A DNA stretch of 32,000 bases, taken from assembly GCF_028716865.1 (NCBI RefSeq), contig NZ_JAQUOY010000011.1, forward strand, positions 28,337 to 60,336, written 5' to 3'. The number at the start of each line of letters is the position of its first letter. Within the stretch, counting starts at the first letter, position 1. Under the pieces are notes generated by a model. That model was given only the letters and a program-made list of their open reading frames with translations, made no database searches and was not told the DNA's origin. Shown here piece after piece: positions 15,237-23,419 of the stretch. This DNA comes from Candidatus Methylomirabilis sp. (GTDB taxonomy: Bacteria > Methylomirabilota > Methylomirabilia > Methylomirabilales > Methylomirabilaceae). Position numbers and translations under genes: made by a program.

Positions 15237-15265
15237 CATGGCCGGGGGCAACGCCCCCGGCCATG
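15237..15265 (-). terminator. Intrinsic terminator hairpin between convergent genes
   Basis: Perfect 12-bp GC-rich stem: CATGGCCGGGGG (15237-15248) pairs with CCCCCGGCCATG (15254-15265), with a short loop. On the minus strand it is followed by TTGTTTTT. On the plus strand there is no U-tract. Confidence 0.7.
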
Positions 15266-15301
15266 TGACGAACGCGATGAAACAGCCTAGCTCGCGATCA
15301 G

Positions 15302-16654
15302 TTAGCGATTCGCGTGGCTGTTGTTATCGAGCCAGTTACCAGTCATGCTGTTGCTGTTACAGCTCTTAGTAGACTGGGAATTGGTAAGCTGGGAACTGGT
15401 ATTACCCAGGCCAAAGCACGGCCAGTTCAGCACAGAGACCTGGCGTGGGTCGTTCCAGTTGCGCAGCGCGTCACCTGTCTTCACGGCTGTCCCGGCAACC
15501 AGATCACTTGCCTGGATCTCGAACAAGACCCCGACCATACCGCGCTGACGACCAGAAGAGGTGTCGAAGCCGTTGCCGATGACAAAGTCCGGGTTGTTCG
15601 GCAAGGTTGAGCTTCCAACGGCGGGACCATTCGGCACCGCTTGCGTGTTGTCGAGATTGAACCAACCGACGGCATTGACCGCACCGAGTGTCGAGTCAAG
15701 CGTCGCGTAGCTTGCGCCACCAGAGGCGGCGTACTGAGTCCTGGCCTTCACCGTCGGGTAGACCGTGCAGAGGCGACCATTCAACAGATGGGCAAAGGCA
15801 GACACTGAGGTGGTGTGCTCCTCGCCATCGAAGACATCCCCTGCGGTGTTGACCAGCGTCGTGACGGCGCCAGTCGAGGCATTCAACTCCGAGCCTGGCG
15901 CTTCCTTCCTGAAGCCGTCGGCCGGCCCAGCGATGGAGATATAGGCGGTCAGCGTCGGGCTGGAAGCCGTGCACAGATCCTCCGCAAAGAACGCCGGGAA
16001 GAGGGCCTGGGAGGGGTACGTCTCATACAGCCCGGTCCAGGCGCTGGCGAAATCCCCAGCCGTTGCACGGGTCAAGATTTGGCTGGTGGAAATCGTGCGG
16101 GTATTCCCGCTAATGACCACAGAAGTCGTGGTAAATGTGCCTTGGGCCGATCCCTGGGCGGCTGCGGCCGGATAGGCGAAGGCAAAGTCCTTCACCGTAT
16201 CGATGATCACCGCCTCGCCCATCAGGGCATTGAGCTGATAGCTCGGTGAGTTTCGCAGGTTGGCGGAATCGCGCACATCCACATCCACCCAGCCGATCCC
16301 GTCAGAGGAGGTCTGCTTGGAGCCGCTGGGGGCAGGAGTGGCCGGGAGCGCCGCGGCACTACCGAGGGCCGCATTGACGGACACTGCCGCGATATCCTGA
16401 GGCGTCAAGATAACGGTCTGGTCGTTCCGCTGACAGTTCTGCCCGTAGAAGGTGAGGTGTGTGGGCGAGGTAATCGAGTTGCTGGCGTTTGTAAGGAGCA
16501 GGAAGGTCTGACGCCCCGTGGTGATATCAACGTACGGGAACAGCAGCCGAGAGCCGGGGACTAACTCCGTATTGGCGAACACTGCACTGGGCGCCGCGGT
16601 CGCCACGAGGGCGGTCGCGAGAAGCCCCACTAAACTATTGCGTAGAAGTTTCAT
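15302..16654 (-). CDS. Secreted Ala/Ser/Thr/Gly/Asn-rich protein of unknown function (candidate abundant surface protein)
   Basis: I chose the ATG at 16654, preceded by AAGGAGGGA 7 nt upstream. Sec signal MKLLRNSLVGLLATALVATAAPSAVFA|NT. I recognised no catalytic motifs. The gene is flanked by a near-consensus promoter, a leader of about 255 nt, and a strong terminator. Confidence 0.75.
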   Translation of the reverse strand: MKLLRNSLVGLLATALVATAAPSAVFANTELVPGSRLLFPYVDITTGRQTFLLLTNASNSITSPTHLTFYGQNCQRNDQTVILTPQDIAAVSVNAALGSAAALPATPAPSGSKQTSSDGIGWVDVDVRDSANLRNSPSYQLNALMGEAVIIDTVKDFAFAYPAAAAQGSAQGTFTTTSVVISGNTRTISTSQILTRATAGDFASAWTGLYETYPSQALFPAFFAEDLCTASSPTLTAYISIAGPADGFRKEAPGSELNASTGAVTTLVNTAGDVFDGEEHTTSVSAFAHLLNGRLCTVYPTVKARTQYAASGGASYATLDSTLGAVNAVGWFNLDNTQAVPNGPAVGSSTLPNNPDFVIGNGFDTSSGRQRGMVGVLFEIQASDLVAGTAVKTGDALRNWNDPRQVSVLNWPCFGLGNTSSQLTNSQSTKSCNSNSMTGNWLDNNSHANR

Positions 16655-16918
16655 CTGCGTGAATCCCTCCTTGAAGTGGTCGAGATCACCCATATTGTGA
16701 TACGCAGTCATGTCAATCTCGACCTGAACCGTGGTCTGTGAAACGATCGGTGAAACTTCTTACAGCGCTCTTCGTCTTTGCGCCACACCTCCTTCCTACC
16801 CCCTAAAAATTCCCCCCATTCACGTCCAACGTCTTTCAACCCCTTAGGATGTCACCCCCGCTGTTCACTACTATGGCCCATAGCCAGACGGAGAGGTAAC
16901 CCACGAACTTGGCCCTGT

Positions 16919-16947
16919 TATATATCCTGCTCATGGACCCATGTCAA
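16919..16947 (-). promoter_or_regulatory. Near-consensus sigma70-type promoter for the secreted-protein gene
   Basis: On the minus strand: TTGACA (16947-16942), a 17-nt spacer, then TATATA (16924-16919). It begins 10 nt after the stop of the upstream lipoprotein gene and implies a 5' leader of about 255 nt. Confidence 0.45.
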
Positions 16948-16956
16948 GCAAATTCT

Positions 16957-17448
16957 CTACTCCTGATTGAGGTCGGCTCCCCCGGGGGTTTTTGGTGGTC
17001 CAACCGCAGCGCGATATTGCAGATACCATTCACCATCCATCCACACCCAGCGCTGCTCGACATCCACCTCTTGGAGCGACAGGTGAGCCAATTTCGAGAA
17101 CATGATCTTATACTTGAGATGCAGCTTGGCCACGGCATCCGGGGATTTGACCTCGACCCCTTTGATCTCGTACTCAAGAATCTTTGTGGCCCCCTTGCCC
17201 CTGGCATAGGCTGTCAGCGACACACGTTCCCGCATCCAGGGCTCCTCGAACCTATACTGCTCCACGATGTCATCCCTGACCCGCGCATCCCAATACTGTC
17301 GGACGCGCTCCATTAATCGCTCATCCGGATCCTGGACGGCCTGCTTCAGGACTTGGCCCGCACAGGCCGACACTGCCAAGGCCGCCAGGGCGCACCAGAG
17401 GATGACTGTCCCCCGTCGGCGCCATGACGGGCGAGATCTCTGCCTCAT
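16957..17448 (-). CDS. Small lipoprotein, NTF2-like by sequence pattern, unknown function
   Basis: The ATG at 17448 forms an ATGA overlap with the upstream gene's stop. Lipobox LAVSA|C. The C-terminal pattern ...VEQRWVWMDGEWYLQY is typical of small NTF2/SnoaL-like folds; this is an inference. Confidence 0.7.
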   Translation of the reverse strand: MRQRSRPSWRRRGTVILWCALAALAVSACAGQVLKQAVQDPDERLMERVRQYWDARVRDDIVEQYRFEEPWMRERVSLTAYARGKGATKILEYEIKGVEVKSPDAVAKLHLKYKIMFSKLAHLSLQEVDVEQRWVWMDGEWYLQYRAAVGPPKTPGGADLNQE

Positions 17449-18617
17449 GCTTGGTTGACCCCTTTCCTCATCCACAGGCCGTGGTAGGCATGGCAGGCAT
17501 CGCCAACAAAGAGGTTCAGCAGCTCTTTGTTCCCGGCGGCCATCTTCCCCACCCCTACCCGTCCGATCCCCTGAATCACCGCTGCGAGCGCCTCTTCCCC
17601 GTCCCGGATCGCTCGCTCTTGGGCAGCGGTCGGACGAAAGAGCTGATACAGGCGAGCGTACTGGATCACCTCGGACGCATGTCCCAGGAATTTCAGCATG
17701 GCACTCGAGCGGTGGACCTGCACCAGATCCGGGGGAGACTGCTTCATGGCCTCCTGGAAGAAACGATCCATGAGGAAGCTGTCCGCCTTCAAACGCCAGA
17801 TCAGCAGGTCATACTGGTCCTTCATCCGGTCGGCAAAACGATTCTGTCGATAGCCGGACCTCAGGCAGGTCATGAGACCGTAGATCAGATGGGTGCCGCC
17901 ACAGGTGAAGTTATGAATCCAATCCTTCGAGGCCGGCATGGTCCCCTTCTGCTTGGCTGCCATCAGTTGTTTCGATGCGTCCTCCAGGGTAACCATACCG
18001 AACTCCACCACATCAGCAAAACGGACGGTCTTCCCATAGGCGTTTACCCAGGTGTCCTGTTTCGGAGGGGTGGTATTGGCAAATACGATCAGGCTCCAGG
18101 CCAGGTCGTTCCGGTCGAACGAGGCGGGATTAAACGCGAACAACGCCTTGGCGCCGGCCACGAGATCGCCGACCGTGCGCTGACGATCATGCCACCGGAA
18201 CGGATGGTTGGCCGTGATCCCCACATCCAAGGCCGCCTCGCTCAGGAAGGCGTTCGTGTGGCCCTCGACCTCGACCGGCATCGTGAGGTAGACCTTTCCG
18301 TTCACTGACTTCTCCTGCAGATACCGGCTGCACAGGTACTCGAATCCTGCGATGCCTTGAACGGAAAACCGCTCGCCTTTGGCGCGGACCCCGTGAAAGA
18401 GCACCCATGGGTTCTCTTTGTTGGCGGCGAACTCGAGGATGATTCCATCGAGGATCCGCTTGGTTTCTGAGGGCGCCGCAGCCTCCGCAGCGGAAAGCAG
18501 CGATCCCACGCCCTCGAGCGACAACGCGCCGCTCGCAGCCAGTCCTGCGCCTCCTGCAATCGCCCGCAGAAACCCCCGCCTGCTGAAACCCCCGCCTCGA
18601 CAACACGGACAGGCCAT
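17445..18617 (-). CDS. Tat-signal periplasmic protein of unknown function
   Basis: Twin-arginine motif FSRRGFLRAIAGGAGLAA, preceded by MACPCCRGGG. The mature part looks mainly alpha-helical, with Cys/His-containing blocks HNFTCGGTHLIYG and GDACHAYHG. I recognised no family. Confidence 0.75.
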   Translation of the reverse strand: MACPCCRGGGFSRRGFLRAIAGGAGLAASGALSLEGVGSLLSAAEAAAPSETKRILDGIILEFAANKENPWVLFHGVRAKGERFSVQGIAGFEYLCSRYLQEKSVNGKVYLTMPVEVEGHTNAFLSEAALDVGITANHPFRWHDRQRTVGDLVAGAKALFAFNPASFDRNDLAWSLIVFANTTPPKQDTWVNAYGKTVRFADVVEFGMVTLEDASKQLMAAKQKGTMPASKDWIHNFTCGGTHLIYGLMTCLRSGYRQNRFADRMKDQYDLLIWRLKADSFLMDRFFQEAMKQSPPDLVQVHRSSAMLKFLGHASEVIQYARLYQLFRPTAAQERAIRDGEEALAAVIQGIGRVGVGKMAAGNKELLNLFVGDACHAYHGLWMRKGVNQA

Positions 18618-18635
18618 CTCTATGTTTACCCCCCC

Positions 18636-18664
18636 TTGACGTTTGCCGGAATGTCGTTTATAAC
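18636..18664 (+). promoter_or_regulatory. Candidate sigma70-type promoter for the BNR lipoprotein / TMTC-like operon
   Basis: TTGACG (18636-18641), a 17-nt spacer, then TATAAC (18659-18664). This is about 78 nt upstream of the ATG at 18742. Confidence 0.45.
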
Positions 18665-18741
18665 ACCATAGTCGCTATACCCTGTCAACAGGATTTCACC
18701 GGATCCCGTTAGAAAAGAGAATCACAGGAGGGAACCATACG

Positions 18742-20265
18742 ATGACGCAGACAACGCGCGTTCTCTTCATCCTTGCGATGTGCATTGCCTTTACCTCCGG
18801 ATGCGTGAGCCAGCCGCGCGTTCCGCCCACACGCCCGGTGGCCGAGAAACTGCAAGCTCCCAGGGAAGGACCGGAGTTTCCAAGCCTCATGGCCGCCCTC
18901 GGTCCCAAAGGCGAGCTGTACCTGGTCTTTCACACGATCGACAGGGACACCAAGCTTCTTCAAGCCCTGTTCGCTCGCTCGACCGATCTTGGAGTAACCT
19001 GGGACAAGTCCCCTGTCCAGCTCTTCAGCACCACCGATCAAGACGTCTCGGTGAGTCTTCCGATCATCCAGACTGATGAAAAAGGGGGCATCTACCTTGT
19101 CTGGCGATGGAAGCGCCAGGGGATCAAACACATCTTTTTCACTCGATCGCTCGATGGGGGCCGGACGTGGCCTGGCCAGCCGACCCAGTTGGCGATTCCC
19201 GGCCAACCGTTCGCGCCCCTGATGGATGTCGATCCCACAGGCCATCTCTCCCTTCTCTGGCAGGACGAAGAGCAAGGCAAAAAGGGGTTCTGGTTTGTCG
19301 GGTCGATCGATTCCGGCGCCACATGGCAGGCGGAACCGGTCCGGCTCACTGCCTCTTCCCCCTCGACGGCCCGCCTCTATACACCCGGTCTCACGTCAGA
19401 CGGCAGAGGCCACGTCTACGCAGTCTGGCATGAAGTGGACCACAGCCCTCCTCACTTTACCCACTCGATCAAGCTGAATCGGTCGGCCGACTTTGGAGCC
19501 ACGTGGCTGCCGTCCGCTGAGACGGTGTATAGTACGCCGCACCATAGTCCGCCGTGGCCGGTTCATCCTTCTCTGTTCGCGGAGAGCGACGGGCACGTCT
19601 ACCTGCTCTGGCAGGAGTACGATTCTACCGGCATCTACGACCTCTACTTTATTCGCTCCGACGATGCCGGCGTGACGTGGCATCCGAAGGTCCGTCTGAA
19701 CACGACCCCACCGCGGGAGGCGATGGCCCGACATCACCAGTTGGCCTTCGATGGCCGAGGGAATCTCTACGCGGTCTGGGTGTCAGAGCACGACCAAGAC
19801 ACCATGATCGCCTTTCGCCGCTCGACAGACTTCGGTGAAACCTGGGGTCCGGAACTACGCCTTGATGAGCGCAAGCGGGGCGTCAACGCTCTGTCCCCAG
19901 TCATCGTCACCGACGTGAAGGGCCATGTCGTTACAGTGTGGCAACAAGAGGAGCGGAAGGGGTGGGGTGTGTATACCAACCGGTCCGACGATTTCGGTGT
20001 CACCTGGCTTCCCCGGCCTCTCCGGTTGGATACCCTCCCCGAGCGCGCCTCGCATCCGCGCCTGATCCAGCTTTTGAGCGATCGGACTGGACACCCGTAC
20101 GTCGTGTGGCGTGGAGATCCTTTTGGCAAGGAAGACTTCTTCATGACCCGTTCCACAGACCATGGCAAGAGCTGGCTACCGAAGGAGCAGTGGCTGACCG
20201 ACCCCTCGGAGCTCCACCTTCGCCAGGCAGCGGTCCAGGACGGAGGACCGCCATCGCGCCCATGA
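18742..20265 (+). CDS. Lipoprotein with eight BNR/Asp-box repeats (beta-propeller, sialidase/Ycf48-like fold class)
   Basis: SD AGGAGGGA upstream. Signal and lipobox-like FILAMCIAFTSG|C. Eight S-x-D-x-G-x-(T/S)-W boxes (STDLGVTW, SLDGGRTW, SIDSGATW, SADFGATW, SDDAGVTW, STDFGETW, SDDFGVTW, STDHGKSW) are spaced about 55-60 aa apart. Each is preceded by a G-x-(V/I/L)-Y-(L/A/V)-V-W strand. Confidence 0.85.
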   Translation: MTQTTRVLFILAMCIAFTSGCVSQPRVPPTRPVAEKLQAPREGPEFPSLMAALGPKGELYLVFHTIDRDTKLLQALFARSTDLGVTWDKSPVQLFSTTDQDVSVSLPIIQTDEKGGIYLVWRWKRQGIKHIFFTRSLDGGRTWPGQPTQLAIPGQPFAPLMDVDPTGHLSLLWQDEEQGKKGFWFVGSIDSGATWQAEPVRLTASSPSTARLYTPGLTSDGRGHVYAVWHEVDHSPPHFTHSIKLNRSADFGATWLPSAETVYSTPHHSPPWPVHPSLFAESDGHVYLLWQEYDSTGIYDLYFIRSDDAGVTWHPKVRLNTTPPREAMARHHQLAFDGRGNLYAVWVSEHDQDTMIAFRRSTDFGETWGPELRLDERKRGVNALSPVIVTDVKGHVVTVWQQEERKGWGVYTNRSDDFGVTWLPRPLRLDTLPERASHPRLIQLLSDRTGHPYVVWRGDPFGKEDFFMTRSTDHGKSWLPKEQWLTDPSELHLRQAAVQDGGPPSRP

Positions 20266-20302
20266 TGGAATCATCAATGAGCTCCCCACCTGACAGATTG
20301 CT

Positions 20303-22420
20303 ATGCCGAAGGGCGTGACAAGCAAGTCGCGACCGCCACAGTGGGAGGGCCACCGCAGGACAGAACGCCGACCTCCCCTCTCCCCAATCGGCTCCTTGTC
20401 TGAAAGCGAGCATCTTAAGATTAAGAGGCCGGACAGGCATAAGAGTTGGCTGGCCGCGGGGTGGTGGGTGGTGGCTGCCGCTGCCGCTGCCATCTACGCC
20501 AATGCGCTCGGCAACGGCTTCGTTGGCGATGACTACCCCATGATCTTACGAGACCCGCGGATCCGGGATCTCAAGAATATCCCGTCCTTTTTCATTCCCC
20601 CTGTTGCGTCGACACACGAGGTAATCGCGACGTATGGCTACCGCGTGACGATCGAGATCGCCCATACTATCGACTACTGGCTGTTCGGCCTCGAACCATG
20701 GGGATACCACGCCACCAATATCCTCTTTCACATCGTGGCCTCCACGCTCGCCTTTCTCATTGCCACCCGCCTGCTCGGAAAGTTGCTCCCGGCCCTCTTC
20801 GTGGGCCTCCTCTTTGCCGTCCATCCATCTCAAACGGAAGCCGTCGCCTATGTGACCGGCAGAAATGACGAACTCTACAGCATCTTTTATCTGGCGGGCT
20901 TTTACAGCTTTCTCCGCTACCGGGAACAGCCCAGCCGGCATTACCTGATTGGTCTCGTCTCCGCATTCGTGCTGTCCCTTCTCTCCAAGGAGGCAGGGGT
21001 CACCTTGCCGCTGACCCTGCTGGTCTTTGATAGCATCATGGGATTGACGTTCGAAGACCATCGGCAAGGCCCGACCCTGAGAGACTGGCGGCAGAGCCTC
21101 CGTGCCAGTTGGTACCGGTTCCGGCCTCTCTACCTCATGTGCTTCTTCCTCGCGGGGATCTTTGCCTATTACGTGGTCGCCTACAGCGCCGCCAGCGGCA
21201 AGAAGGAGTTCTGGGGAGGGGGGCTGGGGCCGACTCTCCTTACCTCGGCCCGAATTCACCTGCACCACATGATGCTCGTCCTCTTCCCTGCTACGCTCAG
21301 CGCCGATTACTCCTACAATGCATTTCCCGTATCGAGCACCATCTTCGACCCTGTCGGTCTGATAACGGTCGTGGCTGTAGCGACCATCCTGTACGGGTTG
21401 ATCCGGCTCGCCAGGGTCTCCCGAGTGGCCACTTTCGGCGGTCTCTGGTTCTTCATCACCCTCCTGCCTGTCTCCCAGCTCGTGCCCCATCATATCCTGA
21501 TGGCGGACCGCCATCTCTACCTGCCTTCGTTCGGCTTATTCCTGATGGCAGGCGTCCTGGTTGACAGGCTACACGAACATGGGCGCGCTCGTCAGCTTCT
21601 CTACACCTGTACTGCCGCCGTGCTGTTGATCCTGTCCGCCCGGACAGTCGTCCGAAACCGCGACTGGCGGGACGATTTCACGCTCTCGAGTAAGACCGTC
21701 CAGACGTCCCCCCAATCAGCTCTAGCCCATGTCGCCCTCGGCGAAATCCTCCGCAGGCGAGGCCGACTCGACCAGGCGGAGCGGGAATTCCGAACAGCGC
21801 TTGGCATTCATCCGAGCGAGCCCAAGGCCCACGCGGGAATGGGGGCCCTGCTCGCCATGCGGAAGCAGTGGGCCGAGGCGGAGCGGGAGCTGAAAATGGC
21901 CATGGAGCTGAACCCACTCTCCGATTACGGCCATCTGGAGCTCGGACGACTCTATCAGCTCCAAGACAGGTGGACCGAGGCCGAAGCAGAGCTGAAGCGC
22001 GCAGTGCAGCTATGGCCCAACTTCGACGAGGCCCACCTGAACCTGGGATTGGTCTACCTCAACCAAGGACGGCTGGCGGAGGCAGAGCGAGAGGTGTGGA
22101 CAGCCCTGGAGATTACGCCACGTCTGGCAGACGCGCACCTGGCACTGGGCCGCATAGCGCTTCAGGGTGGCCGAACGGACGAGGCCCTCGCCCACTTCCA
22201 GACCTCGGTTAAGCTGAAGCCTGACAACGCGTTCGCCCGCAACAACCTGGGTGTGCTGTACATACAAATGGGCCAGATCGAACCGGCGCTGGAGGAGTTT
22301 CAGGCCGCCCTCCGGATTACCCCGAATTTCGTCGAAGCCAGAGACAACCTTTGCCGGCTTTACTTGCGCCAAGGCCGTGTCGCCAATGCGGAAGCGCTTT
22401 GCCCCCGGCAATCGCACTGA
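20303..22420 (+). CDS. TMTC/PMT-like GT-C membrane glycosyltransferase fused to a C-terminal TPR array (paralogue 1)
   Basis: The N-terminal multi-TM domain (about 10 hydrophobic segments) opens with IYANALGNGFVGDDYPMI directly after TM1, the acidic loop-1 motif position of PMT/TMTC enzymes. The C-terminal part carries about 7 TPR units (AHVALGEIL...ARDNLCRLYLRQG). The exact start is uncertain. Confidence 0.8.
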   Translation: MPKGVTSKSRPPQWEGHRRTERRPPLSPIGSLSESEHLKIKRPDRHKSWLAAGWWVVAAAAAAIYANALGNGFVGDDYPMILRDPRIRDLKNIPSFFIPPVASTHEVIATYGYRVTIEIAHTIDYWLFGLEPWGYHATNILFHIVASTLAFLIATRLLGKLLPALFVGLLFAVHPSQTEAVAYVTGRNDELYSIFYLAGFYSFLRYREQPSRHYLIGLVSAFVLSLLSKEAGVTLPLTLLVFDSIMGLTFEDHRQGPTLRDWRQSLRASWYRFRPLYLMCFFLAGIFAYYVVAYSAASGKKEFWGGGLGPTLLTSARIHLHHMMLVLFPATLSADYSYNAFPVSSTIFDPVGLITVVAVATILYGLIRLARVSRVATFGGLWFFITLLPVSQLVPHHILMADRHLYLPSFGLFLMAGVLVDRLHEHGRARQLLYTCTAAVLLILSARTVVRNRDWRDDFTLSSKTVQTSPQSALAHVALGEILRRRGRLDQAEREFRTALGIHPSEPKAHAGMGALLAMRKQWAEAERELKMAMELNPLSDYGHLELGRLYQLQDRWTEAEAELKRAVQLWPNFDEAHLNLGLVYLNQGRLAEAEREVWTALEITPRLADAHLALGRIALQGGRTDEALAHFQTSVKLKPDNAFARNNLGVLYIQMGQIEPALEEFQAALRITPNFVEARDNLCRLYLRQGRVANAEALCPRQSH

Positions 22421-22452
22421 ACGCCTTCCGCCATAGAGCAGAGTATTCATTG

Positions 22453-23217
22453 ATGAGCGCTGCCCAATCGCTCGAAGATCTATCGTTGTCGATAATTATC
22501 CCGGCTTACAATGAGGCGAACCGCATCGGCGCCTCGCTTCACAAGATTGCGGTACACTTCTATGGGCGAACCGATCACCTCGAGGTAATCGTGGTTGACG
22601 ATGGGAGCCAGGACGCGACGAGTCGCATCGTCGAATCGATAGCGCAGGCGCATCCTTGGATTCAGCTGCTACGGAATGCGGTGAACACCGGGAAAGGTGC
22701 CGCGGTAAGAGCGGGTGTGCTTTCTGCAAAGGAAAACAGGATTGCCTTCTGCGATGCCGATCTTTCCGCACCGATTGAAGAGCTCAACGAACTTCTCACC
22801 TATCTGGATAAGGGATTCGATATCGCCATCAGTTCCCGGATCTCTGGTGGTCCGGCGAAGCACGTGAAGCGTGAACTGTTCCGTCGCCTCATGGCAGTCG
22901 TCTTCAACCGGTTTGTGCGGTTCCTGCTCATTCGCAAGATTGCCGATACCCAGTGCGGCCTGAAGGCATTTACACGACCAGTTGCTCTGGACCTCTTTGC
23001 CCAGCAATCCATCACCGGATTTGCCTTTGATGTCGAACTCCTTTGGCGTGCGCAGCGGGCCGGCCACCGAATCGTCGAGGTCCCAGTCTCTTGGGTCGCC
23101 GACCCAGAGAGTCGGATTCGGCCGTGGAGTGATTCGCTGACCATGGCTCGCGACGTCATCAGTCTGTGGTTTCACGAGCGAGTCATCCCCGCCTGGCGCG
23201 GAATAGCACACGGCTAG
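22453..23217 (+). CDS. GT2 polyprenyl-phosphate hexosyltransferase, soluble Dpm1/Alg5-like type
   Basis: I trimmed the start to the ATG at 22453, since the track ORF overlaps the upstream gene. Motifs LSIIIPAYNE, VIVVDDGSQDAT, NTGKGAAV, FCDADLSAP. There is no C-terminal TM helix. Confidence 0.85.
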   Translation: MSAAQSLEDLSLSIIIPAYNEANRIGASLHKIAVHFYGRTDHLEVIVVDDGSQDATSRIVESIAQAHPWIQLLRNAVNTGKGAAVRAGVLSAKENRIAFCDADLSAPIEELNELLTYLDKGFDIAISSRISGGPAKHVKRELFRRLMAVVFNRFVRFLLIRKIADTQCGLKAFTRPVALDLFAQQSITGFAFDVELLWRAQRAGHRIVEVPVSWVADPESRIRPWSDSLTMARDVISLWFHERVIPAWRGIAHG

Positions 23218-23419
23218 TTGAGCGCCGGCTATTGCCCCCGGCAGAGATCGAGAGACGACCACGGAGTATACTGCCTAATGGCAGATAGGTCGGCAACGGA
23301 TCGGGATTGTGAGCCTGTGGTGGGACCACGGACGGTAGCACAAGATGGATTCGCGAAGCTACACTGAAGGATGCAAGGGTTGCTTTGCTTCTGACTCGCA
23401 ATGGCGAGACCGTAGACGC

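Noticed and set aside
16786-16880. Four G4-G6 runs in the sense leader of the secreted-protein gene, as a possible RNA G-quadruplex
   Set aside because: The loops between the runs are about 11, 22 and 8 nt, too long for a canonical quadruplex. I noted the SD-like element only as part of the leader finding.
17424-18308. 294-aa ORF on the + strand
   Set aside because: It lies antisense to the Tat-signal protein gene. That gene has a bona fide signal peptide and ATGA coupling to its neighbour, and the + ORF has neither.
18660-18688. Minus-strand promoter for the Tat-protein gene (TTGACA at 18688-18683, 17-nt spacer, TGTTAT)
   Set aside because: The -35 is perfect but the -10 matches only 4 of 6 positions. 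The element overlaps the better plus-strand promoter, so it is too weak to list as a feature.
20546-21514. 322-aa ORF on the - strand
   Set aside because: It lies antisense to the membrane domain of the first TMTC-like gene. It has biased composition (G/E/D/R/P) and no motifs, so I treat it as a GC-driven shadow ORF.
23218-23419. The 200-bp convergent intergenic region between the two GT2 genes, inspected for terminators, tRNA or small RNA
   Set aside because: I saw only 5-bp stems (GCCGG...CCGGC and CTGCC-taat-GGCAG). There are no T-loop or anticodon-arm features and no U-tracts, so nothing is supportable.
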